Assembly: GCA_003344405.1 (NCBI GenBank)
Contig: NOWV01000023.1
Coordinates: forward strand, 1-64,000
Source: Trichoplax sp. H2
Taxonomy: Eukaryota
DNA length: 64,000 nucleotides
Reading direction: 5' to 3'
The position numbers and the translations under genes were made by a program. This document shows, one piece after another, positions 38,698 to 55,900 of the stretch; the stretch's first letter is position 1, and every line of letters starts with the position of its first letter. The notes beneath the pieces are model-generated. The model ran no database searches, had not been told where the DNA came from, and worked only from the letters and a program-made list of their open reading frames with translations.

Positions 38698-39955
38698 TCA
38701 TCCACTTGCTGTTACTGGAATTGTATGACAGTGGTGGTCTTCCATATGACGATGTCTATAGAAATAGAAGTAGTTAAAATAAAATAATGATTGGCACGTT
38801 TGCTTTATCAATTTTGTAACAGTTTAAAACAAAAGCAGACCTTGCACAGTAATCGTGATGGCATCTAAGGCACTTGAAAGGTATTAACTCGTGAGTTCTA
38901 CACTGCTTCATTGAGCATTTATTGCTCTTGGATGACCCTTCGCTAGCTACATTGTCTTTGCATCCGCTCATAATATGTCTCTCCACCTATTTTCATAAAA
39001 CCCAACGTAAGTTTGAAGGCTGAAGTATTAGTCATAGAAGGTCATGTACAGTAACCGTTGCATGTTATGTTAATGCAAACATCTTTGTGATATGCTAGGA
39101 TGAATAAAACTTGGTAATTATAGTCGATGCTGCAATTGTAAGATTATGTGTAAGCTTAAAAACTTTGTTATTTGTTCTGTACACCTACAATATTGCTTTG
39201 ATTTGTTCAACGAACCTGGTCATTCAGATTGAGTTTTGGATCTCTTCGTATTAGTTTATCACAGAGGGGACATGTTGCTATTTTTACCTATTTTTTAAAA
39301 AAATATAATAATTAGTACGTGCTCGTAAATAAGCTTACTATTACGATAATGCAAAAGACTACCAGAAGTTAACTTCTTTGTCACTGAACTAATAACGTGA
39401 CTGTAATGTCAACGCATATGGAAGCTACTAAATTATTGCAATTGTTTTGTTAAAGTTGATAGGAAATTGGAGCTACGGTATGAATCTCATACATCTTTAT
39501 CAGCAAAGGCTTTGCATTGATGCGCTACGTGACTTCGATGATTCAAGCTGAAATTGGTAGTAAAAATGAACGATATGAGTAGGCAAGTTCGATAATGATC
39601 ATTGGCAGTTTAATTGTAACCACTGGTAATAGACAATAAACCATGCTATACGCATGCAGAATGCACGTATTGGTTATTCCATTTCGTACAAAGTTAACGT
39701 ATAAACATGCATTCAAATTTTACCATCGTGAAATCATATTACTGTATAATTATAGCATTATTTCATCGTTTTATCGTTGCTTCATTCATCATTAAATTAT
39801 GGTGCGCTACACATACAATATGGGTATATGAAGTTGATACCTTACCAGAAAATTTTGTGGCAGTCGTTACAAGTAAAGGGTAAAAAATCCAACTGATTGC
39901 AATCTTTCACGGAACAATGTCGTCCAATCGACAATAAATCATGCTCCATATTCAT
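38698..39955 (-). CDS. ZFAND2: AN1-type zinc finger protein of the AIRAP/ZFAND2 family, 146 aa
   Basis: Exons (minus) 39955-39846, 39547-39493, 39287-39216, 38986-38841 and 38755-38698, 441 nt in total. Translation: MNMEHDLLSIGRHCSVKDCNQLDFLPFTCNDCHKIFCLNHRSHVAHQC...KDVKIATCPLC...VERHIMSGC...NKCSMKQC...CLRCHHDYCARHRHMEDHHC. This gives two AN1 fingers with the intervening CPLC...HI..GC finger typical of AIRAP. Confidence 0.9.
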
Positions 39956-40320
39956 TTGCGAATTTTGAATTTTATTGGTGGCGCTCGGTTTTCAGTCGTC
40001 GAGATGACTTCAGTAGTTCAATAAAGTTAAGTTCCAATATCAGTATTTAAACCAACTACTTCAATGTTGTCAATTTATACAGTAAGTCTATCGTACCAAA
40101 ACTATTGGTAGAGGTTACTCAATCTTGCACTGTGCTGTAGTAGTAGGATGTATACGTAGACTGTACGAAAATATAGTGCTTGTCAATCTTAACTTTGAAT
40201 GATTATTGATCCATTAATGCTCAAGTCGTGCAAGAAATGACTTGAATATGCGATCTAGCATGAGATTTTATCTATTGATGCTTGACCTTTGGTTTCCTTC
40301 CACTAGTGTATTTTATTTAC

Positions 40321-40335
40321 CTTCTAGAAGTTTCT
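40321..40335. promoter_or_regulatory. Perfect three-pentamer heat-shock element upstream of the AIRAP/ZFAND2 gene
   Basis: cTTCt aGAAg tTTCt matches nTTCn nGAAn nTTCn, ~370 bp upstream of the ATG at 39955. Confidence 0.55.
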
Positions 40336-40650
40336 TTTCAATGAGCGATACAAGACTTCTCGATTGCAGCTACTATTTCCGGGCAATATTAGTCAGAACT
40401 TCCTTCTAATGAATATAATATAGTCGAACCAATAGCCTACTAGTAAAGCATTGATATATTCGATTTGCTTACCGTAAGGCGTTAAAAATAATCGCCTGCA
40501 CGATTTTCATCGATTCATTCGAATGTTCATCAAAATTTGCCGATTCATTCAGATGTCAACAAAAACGACTGCTAGTTCGCTGATGAAAGCATGACGTAGC
40601 AGCGATGACGTCACGGCTATTTATTGTTGATTTTCAAAACTCTTGGGTAC

Positions 40651-41490
40651 TACCGTACTGGTACTGTACAGTACAGTGTACAGTAGGAACTAGGGAGTAA
40701 AGTACTGTAGTAAGGGAGGGACGCAAAGGTTGCTTCAAAGCAAAATTATACTTTACCGCGTACTCATCGACTACTTGAAGTCCATGTCACGCTGCACAAA
40801 ACCAAGTTTGCATCCAATTGCAGTTAATGCTAGGTAATACTGTATACCGTTGCAAATATTTAGGGAGTTTAAGATCACGAAAACGCGACGGCGACTCCTT
40901 TTTTACTTTACTCAGTCTACGGTATATCAGACAGACGGACTTTTCTGACCAAATGAGACCGTCGAAAAATGACTACTTAGTATGGATCTTCCGTATCTGT
41001 TTCTAAATCACTGGTACTAATTTAAATACCATCTATAATCCTATATAGAACTGTTTTCAAGCAGATCTTTGTAACAGACAATAAGGTTCAATGTAATATT
41101 ACTCAGTTGAGAAAAAATCAGTCAATTCAAAATGGAGCGTCTTCATACTCTCGTGGTGCCATAAAACGAAGTGTTTGGCATACTGTACTGTACACTGTAC
41201 AGTAATATTTTGACGAGATGAGGCCCAGGTGTCTGTCCGTCCAACAATGATGCTGTATCATTCTTGGACTACAGTACAGCCACAGTGAGCAAGCGCAAAG
41301 ACACAGTTTTATGCCGTCATCTAACTAATACAATCTGGACCCGAAATGATGATACAGTATGACACCCCTCATCGTGCTGGCTGTTGTCCTTCCGAAAGGT
41401 TCTACTGTGTAGTGTGTACTCTATGTCTGTATGTACTGTACAGTATAGTACTGTACAGTACAGTACTTCAGTCAATGGTACTGTACTGGT
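40651..41490. repeat. TACAG/CTGTA microsatellite patches in the ZFAND2/OCIAD1 divergent promoter
   Basis: Patches at 40651-40710, 41181-41203 and 41433-41490 (for example TACTGTACAGTATAGTACTGTACAGTACAGTAC). Confidence 0.85.
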
Positions 41491-41613
41491 ACTCTACCGT
41501 CCTCTGAGCATCTGCACTCTGCGACCTGTTCTCATACGCACTCTCGCAAGTCGTTACCAGTGGCTTGCAAACTTGCTCAAGGATTCAAATCGATTCGATG
41601 CTGATTGTTCAAT

Positions 41614-42441
41614 ATGTCAAATCGTGGTGAAGAAATGCCCAGCGAAGATGCCTCGGCTAAGGTCTCTGACGTAGAATACGACAAGAGGGGCTTACCAAGA
41701 TTAACACCGCAAGAGGAAGCCGTACTGCGTGAATGTCGTAGCCATTCACTCTATTACCGTGGTATTCCTCTAGGAATAATTTCTGTGGTAATTACCAGAC
41801 GTGCAGCCGCGTCGTCGCCCCATATTCATCGTTGGAGAGCATTTTACTACGTTGGAATTTTTGGCTTAAGTCTGTTAACGGGAATAGCATCTTATAGACG
41901 TCAGTGTATGGCAAAAATATTACAATTGGAAAATTCTCCTTTAGCTGACCGATTAAAAGAACAATTGAAAGGTCACAGCCCATACCAGCGATTACATCAG
42001 TGGCAGCAACATCAACAAGATCAAAATAATCAAGCAACTTTGCAACAAGGGGGACAGCCAGTTGGTAGCCTATCTCCTCGTTCAACGTCGTCCTTCGACA
42101 GCAACAGAGAGAATTATAAAGATCGTGAAGAGCTACCAGCCTTTCGGAATAAGCCCTATGATGACCTTAAACTAGGTACGAATACTACTTCTACTTCAGC
42201 GCAAGCCGCACCACTAGCAATCTGGGACGACGATGAAAAACCTGATCGACGCCAGCAGGTTTCTTATAGCGATTTGCGTCAGCAAAACCGAACTCGTTGG
42301 GCAGAAAATGATGATAGAAAACAGCGAGGTGTTCCTGAAAGTATGGATAAAAATAGCGGTAGTTCTTCGATGCAAGGGAAACAGGATGGCTTTCGAAAGC
42401 CCGTAAGGACTAATAAGTATGGTGACCCAATCGATGAATAA
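41614..42441 (+). CDS. OCIAD1: OCIA domain-containing protein (OCIAD1/asrij-like), single coding exon, 275 aa
   Basis: LTPQEEAVLRECRSHSLYYRGIPL...GIASYRRQCMAKILQLENSPLADRL is the OCIA domain. Also SYSDLRQQNR and the conserved C-terminal RTNKYGD. First ATG at 41614. Confidence 0.88.
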   Translation: MSNRGEEMPSEDASAKVSDVEYDKRGLPRLTPQEEAVLRECRSHSLYYRGIPLGIISVVITRRAAASSPHIHRWRAFYYVGIFGLSLLTGIASYRRQCMAKILQLENSPLADRLKEQLKGHSPYQRLHQWQQHQQDQNNQATLQQGGQPVGSLSPRSTSSFDSNRENYKDREELPAFRNKPYDDLKLGTNTTSTSAQAAPLAIWDDDEKPDRRQQVSYSDLRQQNRTRWAENDDRKQRGVPESMDKNSGSSSMQGKQDGFRKPVRTNKYGDPIDE

Positions 42442-43688
42442 TAATAATTAATAATTATTAGTGCTGTAGATTGATCAGAAATGTTGTGCAGTAATAATGC
42501 AAATCAAGTGTCAACTTGTTCCATGGCCTAAATAGCAAAATGTTGTCGTTTGTGATAGTACAACTATTTTTTGCAACTGTACTCCAATCTCTGTTGTATA
42601 TTTCGTATCTTCAACTAAAACTCATAAATTACGACCCGATTGAGAGGTCTCAACATCTATGTACGCATGTTTAGAGTTAAAATAATAATTTCCAAAAAGA
42701 GATTTGAGCTACAGCTTTAAAATTATCCTTCATACACTGTCGATGCAGCATACTTTAATTAACCACATATACAACAACAGTGATTCGTATAGGCCAATGA
42801 GCAGTGACTGAAGCTTAAAATCTTTATGATATTGCCTGTAGTAATTTTTTAAATGCGCTTAATAATGCAATACTTGTCGTATGAATTAGCAAGTAGATTA
42901 CATGTTCTCTGCAATTTACATGTCCAGTTTTAAATTGATCATGCGTGCAGTACAGTATGTTCTGATGTATAAATGATATAATGTACGATACCAATACCGG
43001 ATATGGAAAACTACACCTTGACCTTATATCGCAAATATTTAGTAATCTTCAGACTGTCAAGATGCGGTAACTCGAGGGATTGAATCCTTAAAAGTGGTTA
43101 TGGAAATTAATAGTCACTGATCAAGATTACTGAATGTAAATTGCGCTTTTTCAAAAGGATGTAGTGTATTGTTATGATCGCAATATCCAGGCTGCAAGCT
43201 CACACATCGCAGTGAATAAATAGTGTTGCAGTAGCAATCGTAATAGGACAAATAATTTCCATCACTATTAACGCAGATAAGGTTCGATCAATGACCTACA
43301 ACAATGGTGCTTGGAAGAAAGCAATTCGCAGTAAAACCGAATCATAAAATCATGTATTGATCATACCCAGAAAGCGTATGTATGATTTATTTTATGTTGT
43401 CGCAATTAAAAGATATTTAATATACTGTTGAAGCCAGCAACTTAGGGCTCCGGGAGCCCACAGCAACTTGACAAAAATTGTCTATTAGAAGAGTGTAACT
43501 GCATGTGATATCAGTTGCAGAGCGAAAACATCACATATGTCTAGAAAAAAGCAGTAAAATGAAATTACCCTTACCTAATCATGCTAAATACCGCTAAAAA
43601 AATGTACCTTCAAATCAATTGCTATAACATGATTGAGTACTATTGTTATATTGATTTAAACGGGTATGTTCTGCAAAGAGTATATTTA

Positions 43689-49201
<5,513 letters not shown>

Positions 49202-49913
49202 TTTTTCGATTTTTCAGCACGCGCTCGTTATCAATACAAAGAATCGTAAAATACAACGTTCAGTACACAGCAATTGGCTATTGTAGCGTGTGGCTTGTAT
49301 GAAGCTTGATTGACTTGACCCTTGTCTTTAATACACGGCGAAGGTTACATCATTACAAAGCACAGTATGTCGCAGGGTACACTCCTACTATGCTCCTACT
49401 CGCCTCCTATTGTAAAAAAATTGAAACAATTTACTATCTGATGCTCAACCAATCAAACCGACTGACAGCACAGTACAATACGGTACTGGTTTTACTACAG
49501 TAGTAATACTGTATTGATACGCTTGCGTACTACGAGGCACGAAACTTGACCTGCATGGAACTCAGTCTACAGTACGACGTGCTTAACCCGATGCGTCATA
49601 TTCGCGATTCGGCTTCCATATTCATCGTACTGTACTGCGTACAGTGTACTGTACAGTACAACACCCGTGTTTTGCCACTTTTGTAGATCTACTCTACGCA
49701 ATCCCAAGACAATTTAGGAACAAGTTCAAGCAAAGTTTTTACTTTTGGGTGCCATTAATAGAGGTCTGAAAATACAGCAATATGCAAATATCATCCACGA
49801 CTTCAATTTAAAACTACTGTATATTTGGTTTCACCTCTTTTAAACAGAGGTCATTGATGATACCGCAAATTCCTCCTCAAAATATGCAGAAACAGCCTAC
49901 AATAATAAATAAA

Positions 49914-50385
49914 TACAGTACGGTACGGTACAGTACAGTACCAGTACAGTGTACAGTGTACAGTTTGTAGAAGAACCCACGGTACACTCTACTGTACATT
50001 GTACACAATGAAACCCCCCTCTAGCCGTGACCCCTGTGGCCCTTCCCATCCCAAAATGACTCAACTAATGTGCTGTAGTACTGTACTGTACTGTACAGTA
50101 CAGTAGAATCGGTACCTACAGTACCGTACTATACTGTATACTGTACTGTACTGTACTGTACTGTACAGTACACTGTACGGTCCCGGTACGGTACTTCTAA
50201 TCTCAAGTTGTGAATGAAGTACTGTACAGTGTACAGTACTGTTGACACGTACACATTGTCCGTCTGTCGTACTGTATAGTCAGGGACTCCGGAGACTAAT
50301 ACTGTACTGTACACTGTACGTACAGTACAGTACTGTTACTGTACTGTAGAGTGTACAGTACATTACATTGTACATTGTACAGTAC
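49914..50385. repeat. TACAG/CTGTA-rich quasi-palindromic microsatellite in the IDH1/BET1L divergent promoter
   Basis: Runs such as TACTGTACTGTACTGTACTGTACTGTACAGTACACTGTAC. A smaller patch lies at 49628-49660. Confidence 0.9.
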
Positions 50386-50465
50386 AATGGAAAAAGACTG
50401 TTGGCCTTGAGCAGCTCTGAAGACCAACAGCGCATGTTCATAAGTTTTCAATGACATCAGAAAAT

Positions 50466-51325
50466 ATGGCTGCCAACAATGGATGGTCTTCAAGAAGTAA
50501 GTATCCCTTGATGAAATAGCCAAAAGTTAAAATTAAAACTATTATCTGATTTCATTACTTTTTTTAACTCTTAAATATAAGGACCTATGAAAGGTGGCAA
50601 TTTTACTGAAGCGGATAGGATGCTAGAAGAAGAAAATGATAGACAAATTGCTGGATTAGCTGGCAAAGTATCTCAACTAAAATCAGTTAGTACACATACG
50701 TAGTAGACAGGAAACTGTCACAAGATGATTTACAATTGCTCATTGGAAAGAATAATCTTAATGATATCAATATAAATAGAAAGATGTTACCAGCATTAAA
50801 AGCAACTTAGTCTTCTCTATATCTCTACTAACTGTACTTGTTATAATAACTTTTAATTATATCTTTCCAAGCTAACTGTTGATATAGAAGGTGAAGCAAG
50901 AAATCATAACCACTATTTAGATGACATGGTATGATAATACAATAGTTTTACTCTTTTAATTATCTATCTTAATATTTTTAAATTCACTTTGGGAGTGTTG
51001 AGATGCTGAAATTATACATACTTAATGATCAACCAGCTATACCCGTATCTGGATAACTATAGCTATTGCCAATTACTGTATTTAAATCAATCGATGGATT
51101 CAAGTTTCTGATATCTAAGCCAGCACCATATTCTTGACGTATTTGTTTTTATAGCAAGGAGATTTTGAAGGTACTACTACATTACTGGGTGGTAGTAACA
51201 AGAGATTAAAATCAATGGTGTCATCTGCAAGCCAGAATCCAAGATTCATGTGTTACTTAATACTCTTTATCGTCGTCATTTTCTTCATTGCCTATTACAT
51301 GGTGGGACGGGCTATTGCTACCTAA
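50466..51325 (+). CDS. BET1L: BET1-like Golgi Qc-SNARE (GS15), 120 aa
   Basis: Exons 50466-50496, 50582-50685, 50872-50928 and 51155-51325, 363 nt in total. MLEEENDRQIAGLAGKVSQLKSLTVDIEGEARNHNHYLDDMQGDFEGTTTLLGGSNKRL is followed by a C-terminal TM anchor. By eye it resembles BET1L more than BET1. Not in the ORF track. Confidence 0.88.
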
Positions 51326-51910
51326 AGAGGCCTCTTATACAGTACTGTAATTTATAAATCAGCTATTTATTAGCACACAGTGACCAGTGCTGAAAACTAT
51401 AAGAATGCTGTATATTGATGTTACTAAATAGCTATAATAAACTTCGTCATAAAAATGATCAATTAATGCATTATAGTTGAATTAAGTATAGATTTAACTT
51501 CTAGGGTAGATTGTGAGCTGAATTAAAATTAATGCAAAACCTTCTACAAAGTTGTGTTTTACGCTAATAAGAGTTGTGAATTAGGATAATATTCCATTAT
51601 TGCTTCTTTATCACTATTTTAGCTACTGTTATGCTTCATGTAAGGAAATTAATTATAAAATGTTGGTTGCCTTAAAATATAATTTCACGAAGCTGCGACG
51701 GAGCTTTCGAGAATCATTCTCACTGTATCATTTTTGCTAAATTTATAATATTGTATATTTCGACTGACAAGAATTAATCACAGGCTTTTAATTTTACTTA
51801 CTAGTAAGTGTACGTAGATGAAGGGTACTCGTATGTAATCTGGCGACAACACTTATCCGGGATTGAGCTCATGTTCCCCAATTGCTGTAAATATAAATGA
51901 TAGTATATAA

Positions 51911-52979
51911 TCAGATGAAACATTACCACAAACTATAAAAAGTCTAATTTCTTTCATCTCTGTGACCGACAATGTTCGTAAGGAATAAACCTACTACTTT
52001 TTATAATTATTTCCTCTATATTCGTATTCAATAAATGCAGCAAAAATTAGCTGAGATTGTGTCGGTTTACTGTGTTGCGATTCTCTATTGCTATANNNNN
52101 NNNNNNNNNNNNNNNACTATGGTATAATTATAGCGTCACAGATGATGTAGACGAGATAGTCAGAGATTTACTATCATTTATTACTGAAGGAATCTTGGCA
52201 CCCAAGATTATAGTCTTCACAATTAAATATCAATTGAAAAACCAGTTGACTATCTAACCGACTAACGAACTAAAAAGGAATCTTCAGGCATCAGCCTTTT
52301 ATAGTCTCGTCAGAAACTCCTGGTGCACATAATATAAAAGTATCCTTTTAAAGTTGTAGGAATTATTATGAATATTGTCACTAAAGACTTCATATAACAA
52401 GCAGGTACTTAAATGATCTGATATAACATTTATACAAGACCAAAAGGCCTTATTTTTAAAATTTGGTTTCGTGAAAGCCAACAAATTGCTTGAAGATTCT
52501 ATCCTAAACCTTTCAACTCCTGGATCGACTACTACTTGAATAATNNNNNNNNNNNNNNNNNNNNTCAGATGAAACATTACCACAAACTATAAAAAGTCTA
52601 ATTTCTTTCATCTCTGTGACCGACAATGTTCGTAAGGAATAAACCTACTACTTTTTATAATTATTTCCTCTATATTCGTATTCAATAAATGCAGCAAAAA
52701 TTAGCTGAGATTGTGTCGGTTTACTGTGTTGCGATTCTCTATTGCTATACAAGAGATACAAGCAGTCCACCGTCGGTAGTTATCTTCGCTTTACTTTAGC
52801 GATATTAGATGCCATAATACATTGATTGATTTACAGCAGGTACTTAAATGATCTGATATAACATTTATACAAGACCAAAAGGCCTTATTTTTAAAATTTG
52901 GTTTCGTGAGAGCCAACAAATTGCTTGAAGATTCTATCCTAAACTTTTCAACTCCTGGATCGACTACTACTTGAATAAT
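51911..52979. other. Assembly-complex region: 20-N gaps at 52096-52115 and 52545-52564 with near-identical duplicated segments (likely two haplotypes)
   Basis: 51911-52095 matches 52565-52749 and 27257-27441. 52401-52544 matches 52836-52979. Confidence 0.85.
52116..52399 (-). mobile_element. Putative LTR terminus (begins TGTTATATG on the minus strand) next to target-site copy AGCAG at 52400-52404
   Basis: Ends ...TATAACA on the plus strand. Minus-strand TATAAAAG at 52303-52296 and AATAAA at 52182-52177. The flank 52400-52544 matches the empty allele 52835-52979. Confidence 0.7.
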
Positions 52980-55900
52980 AATTTGAATTATGAATGTAAT
53001 TTAATTCAAAATAATATTTGTATCATTTCTAAGGGCTACTACAAGTACCGCTATAACTGACGCTACTGTTTTGAAAGAAATACTAAAAGTTATATTTAAT
53101 ACATAATAAAAGAATTTACTTGGCAGTGATGCTATTAGTACACTAATCATAAGTAGGGCAAGAACCGCGACACAATCTGAAGTATACCATTTCTTTTATG
53201 CTGTAGAAACTTAGATTATTTCTAAGCTTATCATTTTATATGATATCGATACAGCTAATCAAAAATCGATATCTTAATTCATGTAGACATTCTCTTGTAT
53301 TCTGCTAGGCATAGTAATTATAAATTAAAATCTATTAAAAAAGCACAGATAGCCCATTTTCAACTTTCACCAAGAGTTATTAACAATTCATGATTTGTAA
53401 CGGCCCAACTCTACAACGTATAATCCAATAAACTAGACTATGGATTGCAAAATGTATAACTTTGAAAAACAGATTTAATGATCCATAGCTAGATAGTGAA
53501 TTTATTCGCCTCTGACATAGCTATCAGCATTAGTACCATCTCGTATCGATATAAATTTATTCGGTATTACTCTTCGCTAGTGAATAACTTATGAGACTAC
53601 AAATTGATTCTGATACATTCTCAGTCGTTGGTTTATTCTACATTGGCTGAAATTTGGATGTTTGTTTTATTACACAATTGTAGACATCAAAGACTATTGA
53701 TCTCTATCACAACAACTTCTCATACATTAGTATGGCTAAGCCGCTTAGGAATAATTATACTGTACATCCTGCATAAATTTTAATTATGTCTTTTATAATA
53801 CTAACATTAAGAAGATTTTTAAATTAAGAAATAAGAAATTATGACTATTAACTATGTCATTTAATAAGTTTTTATATAGCCTACAATAATGAAGATTAAT
53901 TTTAAAATTGTCCTCATAAATTCATTTTATTATATAATTATAGAATAACATGATCAATATTCTACGAAAGATCTCTCTCTAAATTATTAAGGAGAGTGAA
54001 AGGGATAAAGTAAATCATGTTGCCGTAAAATAGGCAGATTTAGGATTGTATCATAAATGTTGCAATCATGGCTGACTTTGATCATAAATTGATGTAGAAA
54101 TTATATGAGATACTAACAATGCATTTACGCGAAGTATCACGGGCAAGCATTCTATTAAGTTAATAATTTATAAATATTAGTCATTATTCGTTTTCATTAT
54201 ACTGTACATATATATTAACGTGCAAAGTTGGCCATTTGAACACCACATATGTCATAGAGAAATTTATTTATGAGTGTGCCCAGATTGTTAATTTGATAGC
54301 ATAGAGAGAATAATAAGGAGTATAATCATTTCTCCCTTGTGTGTTTAATTAATTGTTATAAGTTCCAGACTAATTTAAAGCGTTGCAGGGTAATCATTCT
54401 ATGTTTATACTATCATCAATGTCTCCATAAAGCTTATAAAAACAGTATAGTTCAACAGATTAGCAGAGAACAAGAAAAGATGGACAGAATATGATGATTC
54501 TTTGCTCTTAAAGTCTATTGTAAATAATTTCTAAATCTTCCTTTACTAATATTATTTGGCTAACTGAGCCAGTACAATTCTACCTTAGTTTTAAATTCAG
54601 TGTTTAACCATATTCTAGTTTCTAAATTTCGTTCTCTAGCTAAAATTTTACAAAATTATTTCAGTCGCTATATTTCATGCTACAAAGCAAAGAAAGTTTA
54701 TTTCTCTAATTTTAATGGTTAAAGTATCGTTCTAGTCAAAGTGTACGAGAATTTAGATTTTATTATTACTCTACGAAAGTTTAGAAGGTTTATTATGCAA
54801 ATTCTATTGTATACTAGATATTTTTATAAAGGAAATATACACCGTCTTTAAATTAGATCATCTAATTATAAGATTCCTTCCTGATTTATCACATGTTCTC
54901 CCTAATTCCTAAATAATGATAATCTAGTAGTATTGATAATTTTATTCGATTGCTTACTTATTTAACTTAATACGCTATTTAGTGACCAATTATAGGTTAA
55001 TAGCGTAATAAATAAATTTTTCTAAGTAGAAACCACCTTTCATTCACTATTCACTATTTAGGAGTTAAAATTTGAAATTGTAATTTAAATTTTAAAAATC
55101 CATCAATATTAATGCTATGTAGAATGAATCCATTTCAAAACTAGCCCTTTAAATACGATTTATTATAATTCGAGTAAAGCTTTAGAAAATATATATAGAA
55201 TAACGTGATTAGTATTAAATAAAAGAACTATTTATTTTTGTATTCCTAAGCATGTTATCCGTATACATGTACCTTATAGAACATATATCTGTATTAAAGT
55301 TTGTATTTTTAAACAGGCACTGATGAATTCGTGCAATTATCATACTTTACGTTAGGTCCCTTAATTTGTAGTATTCTAGCAGCATGAAACTTGTTCTTAT
55401 GCTATTCACTTTCTCTTAATGTTTACCAGTACATCTGTCACCATAAATCTAAGAGAATATCGCTCACTGTAAAATGAAATACACTTAGCTGCATCTCTCT
55501 AATGAGGGAAAAATTTTCTGCAAGGTGCTTGTTGATCATGCTGGTAGCTTTCATAAAATACTATTTTCCATACGGAAAAGCCATTCTTTCAGCAGTATTC
55601 AACGGTGCAATGTTGCAATAGAGAGCAAATAGATGTCATAATATTAAATCAATTATAGACCAATTTCTTGCATAGTTACAAGGCAATAGTGCGATTAGTC
55701 CCTTCGGAATTATAATAGCGTAATTTTAGTTATCCAACAAACTTTGAAGTTACTATACTACTATCAAAAAATTTATACTAATAATAAATTTCATCACTGC
55801 TCGATAATTATAATTAATTCATAACAAGTTAAAACTCGTTTAAAAATCTTGCAATTAGTTCTATATCATTCACTTGGCAGCCGTGCCAAAATCCGTATAA

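Noticed and set aside
50129..50523. ORFs with repeated TVQYS/TVLY peptides (also 41384-41674)
   Set aside because: They are translations of the TACAG microsatellite, not proteins.
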